Assembly (NCBI GenBank): GCA_963841435.1
Contig: CAWJCS010000005.1
Coordinates: forward strand, 1,472,001 to 1,536,000
DNA length: 64,000 nucleotides
Direction: 5' to 3'
DNA from: an uncultured delta proteobacterium
GTDB taxonomy: Bacteria; Myxococcota_A; Polyangia; Polyangiales; Polyangiaceae
Shown here: positions 20,669-31,083 of the stretch, piece by piece
Layout: every line of letters begins with the position of its first letter
Numbering within the stretch: the stretch's first letter is position 1
Made by a program: the position numbers and the translations under genes
Notes under the pieces: model-generated
Seen by the model: the letters and a program-made list of their open reading frames with translations, nothing else
The model's database searches: none
Told to the model about the DNA's origin: nothing

Positions 20669-21055
20669 TCAGTGCGTGTCGAGCCAAGTGAGCGCTCGCT
20701 CGAAGGCGTCCGCCGGTGGGGGAGCGTGGCCATGCCCGTCGATGCTCAGCAGAGCGACGGCCGTGAAGCCGTCCTCGAGCATGCCGGCCGCCACGTCCGA
20801 GATGTGCTGGAAGTTCATGTCGTTGGGCCCGGTCGTGATCGCGATCGGCAGGAGTTTGGCGGCTTCGACGTCGCGCGGCGGGTCGAAGCGCTTGTACCAA
20901 ACGTGCCCCTCGGTGCTCGAGCGCTCGGGAAGCTGCCGGTAGTAGTGGATGCCGGAGGCGAGCAACGCGCCCCGAAACACCTCCGGATACGTGAGCAAGG
21001 TTTCGAACGCGACTTTGCCGACCGCGAGATCGTGGCGCTCGCAGCGCGCCCTCAT
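20669..21055 (-). pseudogene. Probable C-terminal fragment of an alpha/beta hydrolase
   Basis: YPEVFRG, ITTG.ND and GHGH..P...FERAL.WLD; no nucleophile region. Confidence 0.45.
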
Positions 21056-21138
21056 GAACGGAGGGTACCATCTCCCGGCGCCCGCGCGGAGCGTCAGGGC
21101 TCTTGCCCCGTGATCCGCGAAGTGTCATCCTTCCGACG

Positions 21139-22731
21139 ATGGGCAGAGTCTTCGGCTGGGGGTTCTGGGCCGTGCTCTCGAGTCTCTTCACCCTCGGGTG
21201 CAATGGCGAACCGGCGGCGGAGAACCCTCGCGCAAAGTGGCTCGAGGAGTGTTTCACGAACGAAGATTGTGGGAGCACCGGGTCGTGCCTTTGCGGTCGC
21301 TGTACCGTCTCGTGCGCCGATTCGTGTGAGAACGGACCAGCGGGTTCGGCGTGCACGCGCACGTCCGGTTGCGGAACCGTCGAGTCCGGCGTTTGCGTGA
21401 GCCGATGCCTTCGGACGCTCGATTGCGCCGAGGGGCTCGAGTGCAAAGGCGGCCTCTGCACGGCGCACAGCGTTGACGAGGCGGATGCGGGCGCACCCGA
21501 CGCGGAGGCGCTTCCGGGCCTCCTTTCCACGGGCACGGACGGCGCGTGGGCTCGCACGCTCCGGGGCTACTACCGCACGCCACCTGGCTTTTGGGCGCAC
21601 GCCCTATACGACACACCGCCGTTCATGGCCCCGGGCCCGGACGGCGATCTGATCGTCCTGCTCCCGTCCGAAGTCGCTCTCCAAAAGGGGAGCGACGTAA
21701 TGTACGTGACGGACGACTGGCTCGCGCGCCTCGACGGCGAGACGGGCCGCGTCGAGTGGTTCGAAAGCGTCCCGAGCAACGCGAAAATGGCGGTCGACCC
21801 GAGCGGCAACGTCATCCTTGCCTGGCCGGCGCTGCTTCAGAAGCTCGATCCCGACGGTAACCTCGTCTGGCTCAAAGAGCGCGCGCCACAGGTCGTCTAC
21901 GACCTCGTCGCCGTCGCTGTCGACGGCGACGGCAACGTCATCGACGCGCGCCTCTCGGACACGGAGAGCCCCAGCACGATCGGCGCCAACCCGAGGGGCA
22001 TCATCGAGCTCGAAAAGCTCGACCCCAACGGAAACGAAGTCTTCTCCAGGACCATCGGTCCCGGCCAAGGCCTGCTCGACCTTCCGTTCGTCACCACCGA
22101 CGCGTCCAACGACGTTGTCCTCCTCGTCGGCGTCGTTGAACGCGGCGCTGATTTCGGCGGAGGCGTGCTCGATGGGTACAACGTTCTCGCCAAGTACGAT
22201 CCGGACGGACAGCACGTCTTTAGCAAGGCCCTCGGCGGCTATCCCGAGCCTTACTACATCAACAATCCGCTCCACACGACGCCGCAGGGGAACATCGTCT
22301 GCTTGAGCGGCAGCATCGATCCCGTCGACATCGGGCTCGGGGAGATTTCCTGCGCCCAGTACCTGTTCGAACTCGACGGCGCGGGCGCGCCGGTCTCGAG
22401 CCGGTGCGTTTTGATGGACGACCTCGCCCCGCTGCCGGGCGGCGGCATCTCCACGGTTTACCGACTCTTCGACCCGATCCCGGTCGGCGACGACCAGTGC
22501 AACCCCCCTGACTTCGTGGGCGGCGGGGGCCTCCTCGCCCACTACGACCAGGACTTCAACCTGGTCGGGCACTACTGCAATTCGGACATGGGCGCCGCCG
22601 CACACGGGGTGCTCCCCGCTCCGGCCGGCCATGTCTTCCTCTCCGGCAGTGGTTCCATCGCCGGCCAATTGCCCGGTGGCATCGAGCTCGCCGAAGGCGG
22701 GCTGCTAGTGGCGAAGGTTCCGGTTCCCTGA
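21139..22731 (+). CDS. Lipoprotein with Cys-rich N-terminus and beta-propeller repeats
   Basis: Lipobox TLGC; repeated KLDPDGN..W and AVD..GNV motifs. Confidence 0.8.
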   Translation: MGRVFGWGFWAVLSSLFTLGCNGEPAAENPRAKWLEECFTNEDCGSTGSCLCGRCTVSCADSCENGPAGSACTRTSGCGTVESGVCVSRCLRTLDCAEGLECKGGLCTAHSVDEADAGAPDAEALPGLLSTGTDGAWARTLRGYYRTPPGFWAHALYDTPPFMAPGPDGDLIVLLPSEVALQKGSDVMYVTDDWLARLDGETGRVEWFESVPSNAKMAVDPSGNVILAWPALLQKLDPDGNLVWLKERAPQVVYDLVAVAVDGDGNVIDARLSDTESPSTIGANPRGIIELEKLDPNGNEVFSRTIGPGQGLLDLPFVTTDASNDVVLLVGVVERGADFGGGVLDGYNVLAKYDPDGQHVFSKALGGYPEPYYINNPLHTTPQGNIVCLSGSIDPVDIGLGEISCAQYLFELDGAGAPVSSRCVLMDDLAPLPGGGISTVYRLFDPIPVGDDQCNPPDFVGGGGLLAHYDQDFNLVGHYCNSDMGAAAHGVLPAPAGHVFLSGSGSIAGQLPGGIELAEGGLLVAKVPVP

Positions 22732-22849
22732 AGGGACGCGGCCTAGGGCCACGGGCAAGGCCTGGGAAGGACCGTCGACGAGTCGCATTCCTGGAGGCTC
22801 ACAGAGGCAAGGTCGAAAGGCCAAGCCTCACCCGGCTCCCCGGGCGCAA

Positions 22850-24286
22850 TCAAAACTGACTGAAGAAGTTCCAGACCTCTTGATAAACCCAGCTGTTCCC
22901 TGACTGGCCGTTGTCCGGATCCGGCGTGTGGTCACCGTTGAAGGAGCAAAATCGTTCCGGGTAGCCCGTCATGCACCCCATTTCGTCGGTGCACATGTGC
23001 TGACCGCTGTTGACCGCCGTGGGCGTCATCCAGTTGCAGCCGTTGGCCGTGGCGAAGTTCTGAGCCAATCCAACCCCGCTGCTGTAGTTCAGCACCGAGT
23101 CATGGGTCCCGTGCGAGGCGAAGAAAGCGACGGGCTTGGAGGGAGTGCAGTTGCCGCTGAGCTGAGCTCCCGAGTAGACGGCGATGGCGCGGACGAATCC
23201 GTTGCCGCCGCCACTCAGCGGCCTCTCGCAAGCCGTTTTGTACGACATGCTGCCGCCGTAGCTCCAACCCGTCGCAAAGATTCGATTCGTGTCGACGCAG
23301 AAATTGGTTTCGATTTGAGCCACCACCGCATCCGCCAGAGCGATGTCCGAGTTGCTCGGGTTCGGCCAGCCGCAGCCCCCCTCGCCATTTCCGGTCCCCG
23401 AACAGGGCGAGTTGTTCTGCTGCCCGTTCGGGGCCACGAAGATCGTCGTGTTGTTGGATAGGTTGAGGAGGTGATAGTAGCCGTTCGCGTACATCTGCTT
23501 GTCGTTTCCATTGAGCTGGTGAAACGCGATGATGAGCTTGTACGGCTTGCTGTTGTCGTAGTTGGTCGGCACGTTGAGGATGTACCGGCGTTGCATGTTG
23601 GCGGCCGTGATCGAGATGGTCTGGCCGTTGTTGTACATGCCGCTCGCGATGCCGGGCATCTTGCCGCAGCCTGCCGACATGCCGGAGCTCATCCCGCCGG
23701 TTCCTCCCGCTCCGGCCCCGCTGGCGCCACCTGCGCCGCCACCAGCTTGTCCGGCAGCGCCGCCCTTGCCCGCGGCGCCGCTCACGCCTCCAGCGCCAGC
23801 ACCTCCGGCGCCGGCGTTGCCGGCGTTGCCCCCGTCCGATCCCGCCATGCCCGCCCCACCCAAGCCGGCAGCACCTGCGAAGCCGCTCGCGCCGGCGGCA
23901 CCTGCGAAGCCGCTCGCGCCGGCGGCACCTGCGAAGCCGCTCGCGCCGGCGGCACCTGCGAAGCCGCTCGCGCCGGCGGCACCTGCGAAGCCGCTCGCGC
24001 CGGCAGCACCTGCGAAGCCGCTCGCGCCGGCAGCACCTGCAAGGCCGCTCGCGCCAGCGATTCCACTCGATCCACTCGCGCCGCCGGTTCCACTCGAACC
24101 GCTCGCGCCGCCCGTCCCGCCCGAAACAATCGAGCCGGCCGTTCCGCCCGTCCCCGCTTGACCGGAGCCGCTGCTTCCACCCGCAGCTTCGGAATCACCA
24201 GTACCGGACGAACTGCACCCAAATGCCACGGCGGCAGCAGCAGACCAGATTGTGAAGCGAGAAATCGACATGCGGGAACGCGTCAT
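22850..24286 (-). CDS. CE1/PHB-depolymerase-like esterase lipoprotein
   Basis: GWSYGG nucleophile motif, HGTHD and FNGDH; lipobox AFGC. Confidence 0.85.
   Translation of the reverse strand: MTRSRMSISRFTIWSAAAAVAFGCSSSGTGDSEAAGGSSGSGQAGTGGTAGSIVSGGTGGASGSSGTGGASGSSGIAGASGLAGAAGASGFAGAAGASGFAGAAGASGFAGAAGASGFAGAAGASGFAGAAGASGFAGAAGLGGAGMAGSDGGNAGNAGAGGAGAGGVSGAAGKGGAAGQAGGGAGGASGAGAGGTGGMSSGMSAGCGKMPGIASGMYNNGQTISITAANMQRRYILNVPTNYDNSKPYKLIIAFHQLNGNDKQMYANGYYHLLNLSNNTTIFVAPNGQQNNSPCSGTGNGEGGCGWPNPSNSDIALADAVVAQIETNFCVDTNRIFATGWSYGGSMSYKTACERPLSGGGNGFVRAIAVYSGAQLSGNCTPSKPVAFFASHGTHDSVLNYSSGVGLAQNFATANGCNWMTPTAVNSGQHMCTDEMGCMTGYPERFCSFNGDHTPDPDNGQSGNSWVYQEVWNFFSQF
23864..24055. repeat. 27-bp coding tandem repeat, 7 copies (GFAGAAGAS)
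   Basis: GCCGGCRGCACCTGCGAAGCCGCTCGC every 27 nt from 23864. Confidence 0.9.
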
Positions 24287-24636
24287 TGGAAACCTCGTCG
24301 ATGCGGAGGCGGGCCAGAAGGGGCAGCCGCGGCGTGCTCCAGCGGCCAGGCCGCAGACGGAGAACGCTCACACGCAGGGATTCCCCGCACGGACGACAAT
24401 GATCACCACGCGCCCTGCGCCCAATAGGCCGATCTGCCTATTGCGTGCGACGACACGCGCGCCCTTGCGGAACGCTAGGTCGTACTGGTGCGAGGACGAC
24501 CTCAGGCTGTAGCGAGTGCGTGGTCAGCGCGAGTTTCGACACCTCCTGAGCGCTCTGCTATTCTCCGCGCATGCGGTGGAGGAGAGAGGACTCACGCACG
24601 CTCGAGGCTGCGCGCAGGGCACCGGCGAGCGCGAGG

Positions 24637-25461
24637 GTGCAGGTATCGATCGTGCTGGCGATCGCGGCGCTGTGCTCGTGTGGCGGTGACTCGAAAACGG
24701 AAGAACGGGGCACGCCCGCTTCGGGACCCGTCGCACGAGAGGATTTCCTCAGCCGTGCCGCGGCCGCAATCTGCGACAACATCGCTTCCTGCTGCTCGTC
24801 CGAAGGCTACGGGTTCAACCGGGCGGGCTGCGAGGCGAACGTCGATGCCACCATCCACATCGCGGATGTGCCGAACACGATTTGGAACGACGCCGCGGCG
24901 GAACCTTGCATCGACACACTCGCCGCCGAGGCAACGAGGTGCAGAATCGGCGCCGCTCACGTTAGGACGACCTGCAAGGCGATCCTCACGGGTACCCTTC
25001 CCGAAGGGGCACCGTGCACTTACGATGTCGAGTGCGCAGCGATCGACGGGGCGGAGGCCTTGTGCACCTTCGAGGGCTATTGCGCGAACCCCGAAGACGG
25101 CGCCCCGCTCCACGGCACCGTCGGAGACGGCTGCGACGGCACTTGCGAGGGCCTTGCTTGCGGCCCGTTCGGCGATCGCGAGCCGCTGGGGATCAGCTGC
25201 TTCACACAAGATGGAGTCGTCTGCAGCGGCACGCTCCGGACCTGCGTGAAAATGCCAAAGCTCGGGGAACCCTGCCCGGACGGCTGGTGCGACGTGGGTG
25301 CCTATTGCGACTCTGACGACTCGGTCTGCAAGACTCTACAGCCGGATGGCGCAAGCTGCGTGGGCGGCAGCCAGTGCAGTGCAGACAACTGCTACGAATC
25401 GGTCTGCGGCGGCGCCGAAGGGAGCCTCGCGAACCCGGACATCTGCGGCCAGGCGTCCTAG
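24637..25461 (+). CDS. Cys-rich lipoprotein
   Basis: Hydrophobic stretch then LCSC; very high Cys content; start uncertain. Confidence 0.75.
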   Translation: MQVSIVLAIAALCSCGGDSKTEERGTPASGPVAREDFLSRAAAAICDNIASCCSSEGYGFNRAGCEANVDATIHIADVPNTIWNDAAAEPCIDTLAAEATRCRIGAAHVRTTCKAILTGTLPEGAPCTYDVECAAIDGAEALCTFEGYCANPEDGAPLHGTVGDGCDGTCEGLACGPFGDREPLGISCFTQDGVVCSGTLRTCVKMPKLGEPCPDGWCDVGAYCDSDDSVCKTLQPDGASCVGGSQCSADNCYESVCGGAEGSLANPDICGQAS

Positions 25462-25532
25462 AGGGACGAAGGCTGAAGAAGCTCCCGCGGCGCTTGCCGC
25501 TCTCCGCGAGGGCGCGTAAGAGCGGGCTGACC

Positions 25533-26396
<864 letters not shown>

Positions 26397-26418
26397 GCGT
26401 GCGCTCGGGACGGACTCG

Positions 26419-27954
26419 ATGCGGTGGCTCGATCGACGGCCGAGCTTGCGGCGTGCCCTGGTGGGCGCGTCGTTGCTACCGGCTGTGTGGCAGCTCGCCA
26501 CGCTCGGATGGGTGATCGCGGGGCGGCTCGGCTACCCCCTAGAGCTCGAATGGCTCGAGGGGAGCCAGATCTATCACGCCGTGCGGTTGCTCCACGGCGA
26601 GGTGATCTATCGCCGTGGGGCGTCGGGGTTTCTGCCTCATCCGTATCCACCGCTGCACCCGGCACTGACGGCAGCGGTCGGTGCGGTTTGGGGATTGAGC
26701 TACACGTCGGCACGCGCGGTGTCGGTGGTCTGCTTTGCGGTGGCCGTGGGCACCGTGACGTGGCGAGCGCTCGTGCACTGGCCGCGGCGCGCGCGCGCCG
26801 TGGTCGCGCTCGTGAGCCTCGGCTACCTCGCCACGACGTATTCGATGGTGCACGCCTGGTACGACCTCGCGCGTGTGGACTCGATGGCCCTGGTTCTTTT
26901 CGTGCTCGCAGGCGCGTCGCTCGACCGAGGCGACGGCCCCGTTCGGACGACGCACCTGGTGCTGACCGGAGCGCTCGCCGCGCTTTCGCTCTCCGCGAAG
27001 CAGACCAACGTATTTTTCGTTGCCTGGCTCGGCCTGCATTCGATCGTGTGGGAACGCGGGCGGGCATGGCTTTTCATCGCAACGTTGGGCGCCGCGAGCG
27101 CCGGGGGCTTCGGGTGGCTCGAGTGGCGAACCGGCGGCGCGTTCGCGGACTGGCTGTTCGAGACGGCGCGCCACCCACTCGAGCTGCCGGCGTTCGCGGC
27201 ATTCGGGAAACAGCTGCTGATTTGCGCGCCGTTTCTGCTCGTCCTGCCGTTCGCGACGCGCCGGATGGCGGCGTCTGGAAAGCTCGGCCGGTCGAGCCGG
27301 TTGTGGCTGGGCATGTTGATCGCGGCGATACCGGCGTCCTTGTTGCCGTTCGTCAAGGTGGGCGGCGGCCAGCACAATCTGATGCCGCTCTTGTTTCTCG
27401 CCGGTCCCGTCACGCTGATGGTCGCGGGCGACGCTCTCTTCGAGGACCTTTCGGGTGGCGAGGGCGGAGTCGGGCTCGCGAGCACATCCGAAGCCTCGAA
27501 GCTCGTCGCGGTCGGCCTGGTCATGCAGGCTTTGGTCGCGTCCTTGCACCTGTACGGTCCAGACCGCTGCAGGCCGAGCGCGGAGGATCGTCGCTTGGCC
27601 GAGGCGCTGAATCGCAGGATTGCCGGGCTCGAGGGCGGCGTCATCTGTCCGCTCGATCCGTTTCTGCCCGTAGCGAATGGCAACCGCGCCGAGCAGGCGA
27701 GCTGGCTGTCGCATCTCGACGCGATCGTCGGACAGCGCCCCTCCGTGACGTTGGCATCGTACACGCGCTGGCTCCTCGAGGAGCGCCCTCGGTGGATCCT
27801 GCTCGCCGGGGTGTCGCAGGAAGCGGCCATCGTGCGGGCGATCGAGCCCGACTACGCGCTCGCGGAAGTGCTCCCCGCGCCGGCAGGGCCGCCCTGGCTC
27901 GGGCACCCGGTGCCGCACGAGCTCTATGAGCGGCGTGATCGCGGCAGCCCCTAG
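26419..27954 (+). CDS. Polytopic membrane protein, GT-C/ArnT-like
   Basis: LEWLEG, YPPL, RVDS and KQT motifs; many TM segments. Confidence 0.7.
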   Translation: MRWLDRRPSLRRALVGASLLPAVWQLATLGWVIAGRLGYPLELEWLEGSQIYHAVRLLHGEVIYRRGASGFLPHPYPPLHPALTAAVGAVWGLSYTSARAVSVVCFAVAVGTVTWRALVHWPRRARAVVALVSLGYLATTYSMVHAWYDLARVDSMALVLFVLAGASLDRGDGPVRTTHLVLTGALAALSLSAKQTNVFFVAWLGLHSIVWERGRAWLFIATLGAASAGGFGWLEWRTGGAFADWLFETARHPLELPAFAAFGKQLLICAPFLLVLPFATRRMAASGKLGRSSRLWLGMLIAAIPASLLPFVKVGGGQHNLMPLLFLAGPVTLMVAGDALFEDLSGGEGGVGLASTSEASKLVAVGLVMQALVASLHLYGPDRCRPSAEDRRLAEALNRRIAGLEGGVICPLDPFLPVANGNRAEQASWLSHLDAIVGQRPSVTLASYTRWLLEERPRWILLAGVSQEAAIVRAIEPDYALAEVLPAPAGPPWLGHPVPHELYERRDRGSP

Positions 27955-27973
27955 CCGTCTTCGATGGCACCGC

Positions 27974-28420
27974 TCAAGGACCGTACAACAGCGGCTCCGG
28001 ACCGACGGCGGAGTGACAAGCATTGCAGTCGCCGTTCGGCGCGGGGTCGCGCATCGCGAGAGCGTCGCCCGTCGGACCGTAGACGACCGCGGTGAGCGGG
28101 GGCGTCAACCGAAAATGGCCGAAGAAGTTATCGAAGGCATTCGGCGCGGTATCGACGGAATGGCCTTCTCGGTCGGTGACGACGACGCGGGTGACGGGCG
28201 GCCCGGCGGGATCGATGGAGCCTGCCACGCTGAAGTCCGACTGGTGGCAGCAGAGGCAGGCAGTGCCGTAGCGCTGCTCGGCGCGGTCGCCGTCACGACA
28301 GCCGGGGGTCGGGCCATCGTCGAGCCATCTCGGCTCGTCGTCGCCGCTACACGCCGTCGCCGAGATACCGGCCGCCGTCACACCGACGAGAGCCCAGGCG
28401 AGACGCAGGCTCCCCGTCAC
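27974..28420 (-). CDS. Diheme c-type cytochrome lipoprotein
   Basis: Lipobox ATAC; CLCCH and CNACH. Confidence 0.75.
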   Translation of the reverse strand: MTGSLRLAWALVGVTAAGISATACSGDDEPRWLDDGPTPGCRDGDRAEQRYGTACLCCHQSDFSVAGSIDPAGPPVTRVVVTDREGHSVDTAPNAFDNFFGHFRLTPPLTAVVYGPTGDALAMRDPAPNGDCNACHSAVGPEPLLYGP

Positions 28421-29154
28421 TTAACCTCGAGCGTGAGCAGGGTGACGTCGCTGGTCACGCAGCCTTCGCTCGTGGCGGTGAGGTAGTAGTCGTAGCTGCC
28501 GGCCTCGGTGGGCGCTCGCAGCGTCGTGCCCCACGTGCCGTCGGGGAAGCCGGTGCCCTGGACGCCCGCCGACGGTGGGTCGAGAGCGCGGGAGCGTCGG
28601 CCCGCGGGATCGGTGACGATGACCTCTTCCGAGAGCGGGTCGGGGCCGTGATCGGGCGCGCCATGGTCGCCCTGCGTCACCGCTGCCGAGAGCGTGACCA
28701 TGGCTCCCGGTGCCACGCTCGCGGGGTCGAGCGTGGCGCCGGTGATGGTCGGCGGAACCTCTTCGTGCTGAAAGCCTTCCATGTTGACGGTGATCCCGAG
28801 GGGTTGATCGAGGTCCAGGCTTCGTGAGCCGTAGTAGTGGCCGTCGATGAACGTGTGGACGCCGATCGGGCCGGTCGGCAACGTCATGCTGAGAGTCCCT
28901 TCGTCCCCGGCGCGGGCGCCCCACACGTACGAGGGATTGCCGCGCGAAGGGTCCGGATTGGCGAGGTAGATGCCGCCTTGCTCGATGGCGACCACGGCAC
29001 CCGCGAGCGGTGTGTTCTGTCCGATGTCGAACACTTTGACGCGAAGCTCGACCGTATCGGGTGACCCGCATCCGACCACGGTGAGCGCTTGAGCCAGGAC
29101 GGCGGCGTTCCACCAGAGTCCCATCCGCCGAATCGGAAGATCGCGTCGTCTCAT
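28417..29154 (-). CDS. Lipoprotein with beta-sandwich/Ig-like domains
   Basis: Lipobox VVGC; overlaps both neighbours. Confidence 0.75.
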   Translation of the reverse strand: MRRRDLPIRRMGLWWNAAVLAQALTVVGCGSPDTVELRVKVFDIGQNTPLAGAVVAIEQGGIYLANPDPSRGNPSYVWGARAGDEGTLSMTLPTGPIGVHTFIDGHYYGSRSLDLDQPLGITVNMEGFQHEEVPPTITGATLDPASVAPGAMVTLSAAVTQGDHGAPDHGPDPLSEEVIVTDPAGRRSRALDPPSAGVQGTGFPDGTWGTTLRAPTEAGSYDYYLTATSEGCVTSDVTLLTLEVK

Positions 29155-29678
29155 CTCGAAGCTCCGGCATTTTGGGCGCGCCGACACCGGCGCCGGACTC
29201 TGGCCACGAACGGCGCGGCGAGCACCAAGACCAGCATGGCGGGGCCGCTGGAGCCGCCCGCCGGGCGCCGGCGCGTGCTGCAACCGTAGGTGGCGCAGAG
29301 AACGCCATCGCCGGTCTGATTGGGGTTCTTACCTTCGCGGAGCTCCGTGACGTCCGGCGTGCCGTCGCCATCGCTGTCGGCGGACCCCTGCTCGAGCGCG
29401 CCGAGCGCCGTGACGATCAGCTCGGGGTGCTTGCCTTCGAGCCCCATCGCCATCATCGCTTGCCCGAAAGGCCGGACGACGGTGCCCTTGCCGCCGCCGG
29501 TGTCGCGGTGGCACAGCGTGCATTGCGGCACGCAGGGCATGTCGAGCTGCTTCTGAACCTCGGCGGGGAAAGTGGGCGACGCGTGCGCCGGAGGAGCCCA
29601 CGACAGCGCGTGGAGCAGCGTCACGAAAGCGCCGAAGCTCGCGCCACGCGAAACCTGGAACGACAGCGAGGTGTTCAT
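29151..29678 (-). CDS. Monoheme cytochrome c with Ca-binding repeat and MYXO-CTERM-like anchor
   Basis: Signal peptide ending AHA; CTLCH; DSDGDG; YGC followed by TM and RVRRR. Confidence 0.75.
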   Translation of the reverse strand: MNTSLSFQVSRGASFGAFVTLLHALSWAPPAHASPTFPAEVQKQLDMPCVPQCTLCHRDTGGGKGTVVRPFGQAMMAMGLEGKHPELIVTALGALEQGSADSDGDGTPDVTELREGKNPNQTGDGVLCATYGCSTRRRPAGGSSGPAMLVLVLAAPFVARVRRRCRRAQNAGASR

Positions 29679-30880
29679 CACAAGAGCACGTGCAGCTGAG
29701 CGAGCAGCGTGAAGGGGTCGTCCTCGCGGAGAACGCCGTCGAGGCGGGCCTCCAGCTGCGGCAAGAAGAACCAATCCACCGTGAGCCAGCCGCCAAAACG
29801 GGGGCGGCCGAAGCCCGCGGCCAGGGGCGTGGTGTTGTACGGGTCGCCGCTGTCTCGGTAGCCGGCGTCGAGGATTTCGCCGGTGATCCCGAGATGCAGG
29901 CCCTGAATGAGCTCGTAGTCGAGCTGGGTGAACCCGACGTAGCCGGGGTCGTGGTGCGTGCGCAGAAGGAGATCGACTTCGGCGAGCACCATCAGCGGAG
30001 ACCACGGGACGATTCGCGCGAACACACCGTGCGCCTGTCGCGTCACGTTCGTCTCGAGCGATTGAAAGTCCGCCGCCGCATGCGTGACGAGGCTGCTCGC
30101 GCCCACGTCCAAGCCGTTGACGGCGTGACCTTCGGCGTAGGCCGAGTAGCCGCGCTCCCGCAACCCGTCGGGATGCAGCTGATAGTTGCCGAGGATCGCC
30201 AGGACCTCGCCCCTGAGCCTTTCGCCGCTGTAGGCGAGCGCGACACCGTGCTGCTGCGACGACTCGCGATCCGTGCGTGTGGCATCCCGGACCCACATCG
30301 TATGCTCCGGGATCCGCACGCCGAACGGCATTTCGAGACGGCCCGCGCGGACGGTGAATTCGCCGAAATCGGCGCCAATGAAGTGCGATCGGGAGATCAG
30401 GTTGAGCTGTCCCCCTTGGTTGCGGGTGATCTGAGCGCGGCGCGCGAAGCGGGAGCTCGCCGGCGCCTTCGCGACACCGATCGAGGCGGAGGCGCGCAGC
30501 CACCGCCAGCGTGCCTCGCCGTAAAGATCGGCTTGCATCGGGAACGTCGCCACGCGGCTGCCGAAGGCGAACAGCGTCATGTGCCGGTAGCTGCCGCCGA
30601 GCAGGAGCCAATCGGGGGGTGAAAGCACGCCCCAGAGCGGGTCGGTGTTGGGCTCCGCCTCCGAGGCGGACCCCGCGTAGTGCATCGTCAGGAGCAGGTC
30701 GTCCTGCGCCCGGCCGTAGCGCGTGAGCAGGCCCCCTCCCGAGGGATCGGCGTGGCAGGTCGCGCAGCCGACGTACGCGTGACGCGCCATCCATGGGTAC
30801 GCCTGCGCGTCGCGGCACCAGAGCAAAGCGACGAGCGGCACGACCAGCCAGAGGTGGTGCGGCCACGAGCGATGAGCCAT
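29678..30880 (-). CDS. N-terminal monoheme / outer-membrane beta-barrel fusion (Cyc2-like architecture)
   Basis: RBS AAGGAG; signal ending AQA, then YPWMARHAYVGCATCH; remainder consists of amphipathic beta strands. Confidence 0.75.
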   Translation of the reverse strand: MAHRSWPHHLWLVVPLVALLWCRDAQAYPWMARHAYVGCATCHADPSGGGLLTRYGRAQDDLLLTMHYAGSASEAEPNTDPLWGVLSPPDWLLLGGSYRHMTLFAFGSRVATFPMQADLYGEARWRWLRASASIGVAKAPASSRFARRAQITRNQGGQLNLISRSHFIGADFGEFTVRAGRLEMPFGVRIPEHTMWVRDATRTDRESSQQHGVALAYSGERLRGEVLAILGNYQLHPDGLRERGYSAYAEGHAVNGLDVGASSLVTHAAADFQSLETNVTRQAHGVFARIVPWSPLMVLAEVDLLLRTHHDPGYVGFTQLDYELIQGLHLGITGEILDAGYRDSGDPYNTTPLAAGFGRPRFGGWLTVDWFFLPQLEARLDGVLREDDPFTLLAQLHVLL

Positions 30881-31083
30881 GACTCCTTTCAGTACCAACG
30901 GAACACGCTGGGCGGTGCGGGCGGCACGCCGACTCCGTACGACGCCCCCAGGCTGCGGTTTCAACCACCCGCTTTGCGCCTTCCGGCGGCCACCTGCAAA
31001 TTGGACCCGCGACGGTAACCGCCCAAGTCGGTTCGACGTAGGCGACCGGCTGCGCTCCATCCCCGCCGCTCGAGGAGGAATCG

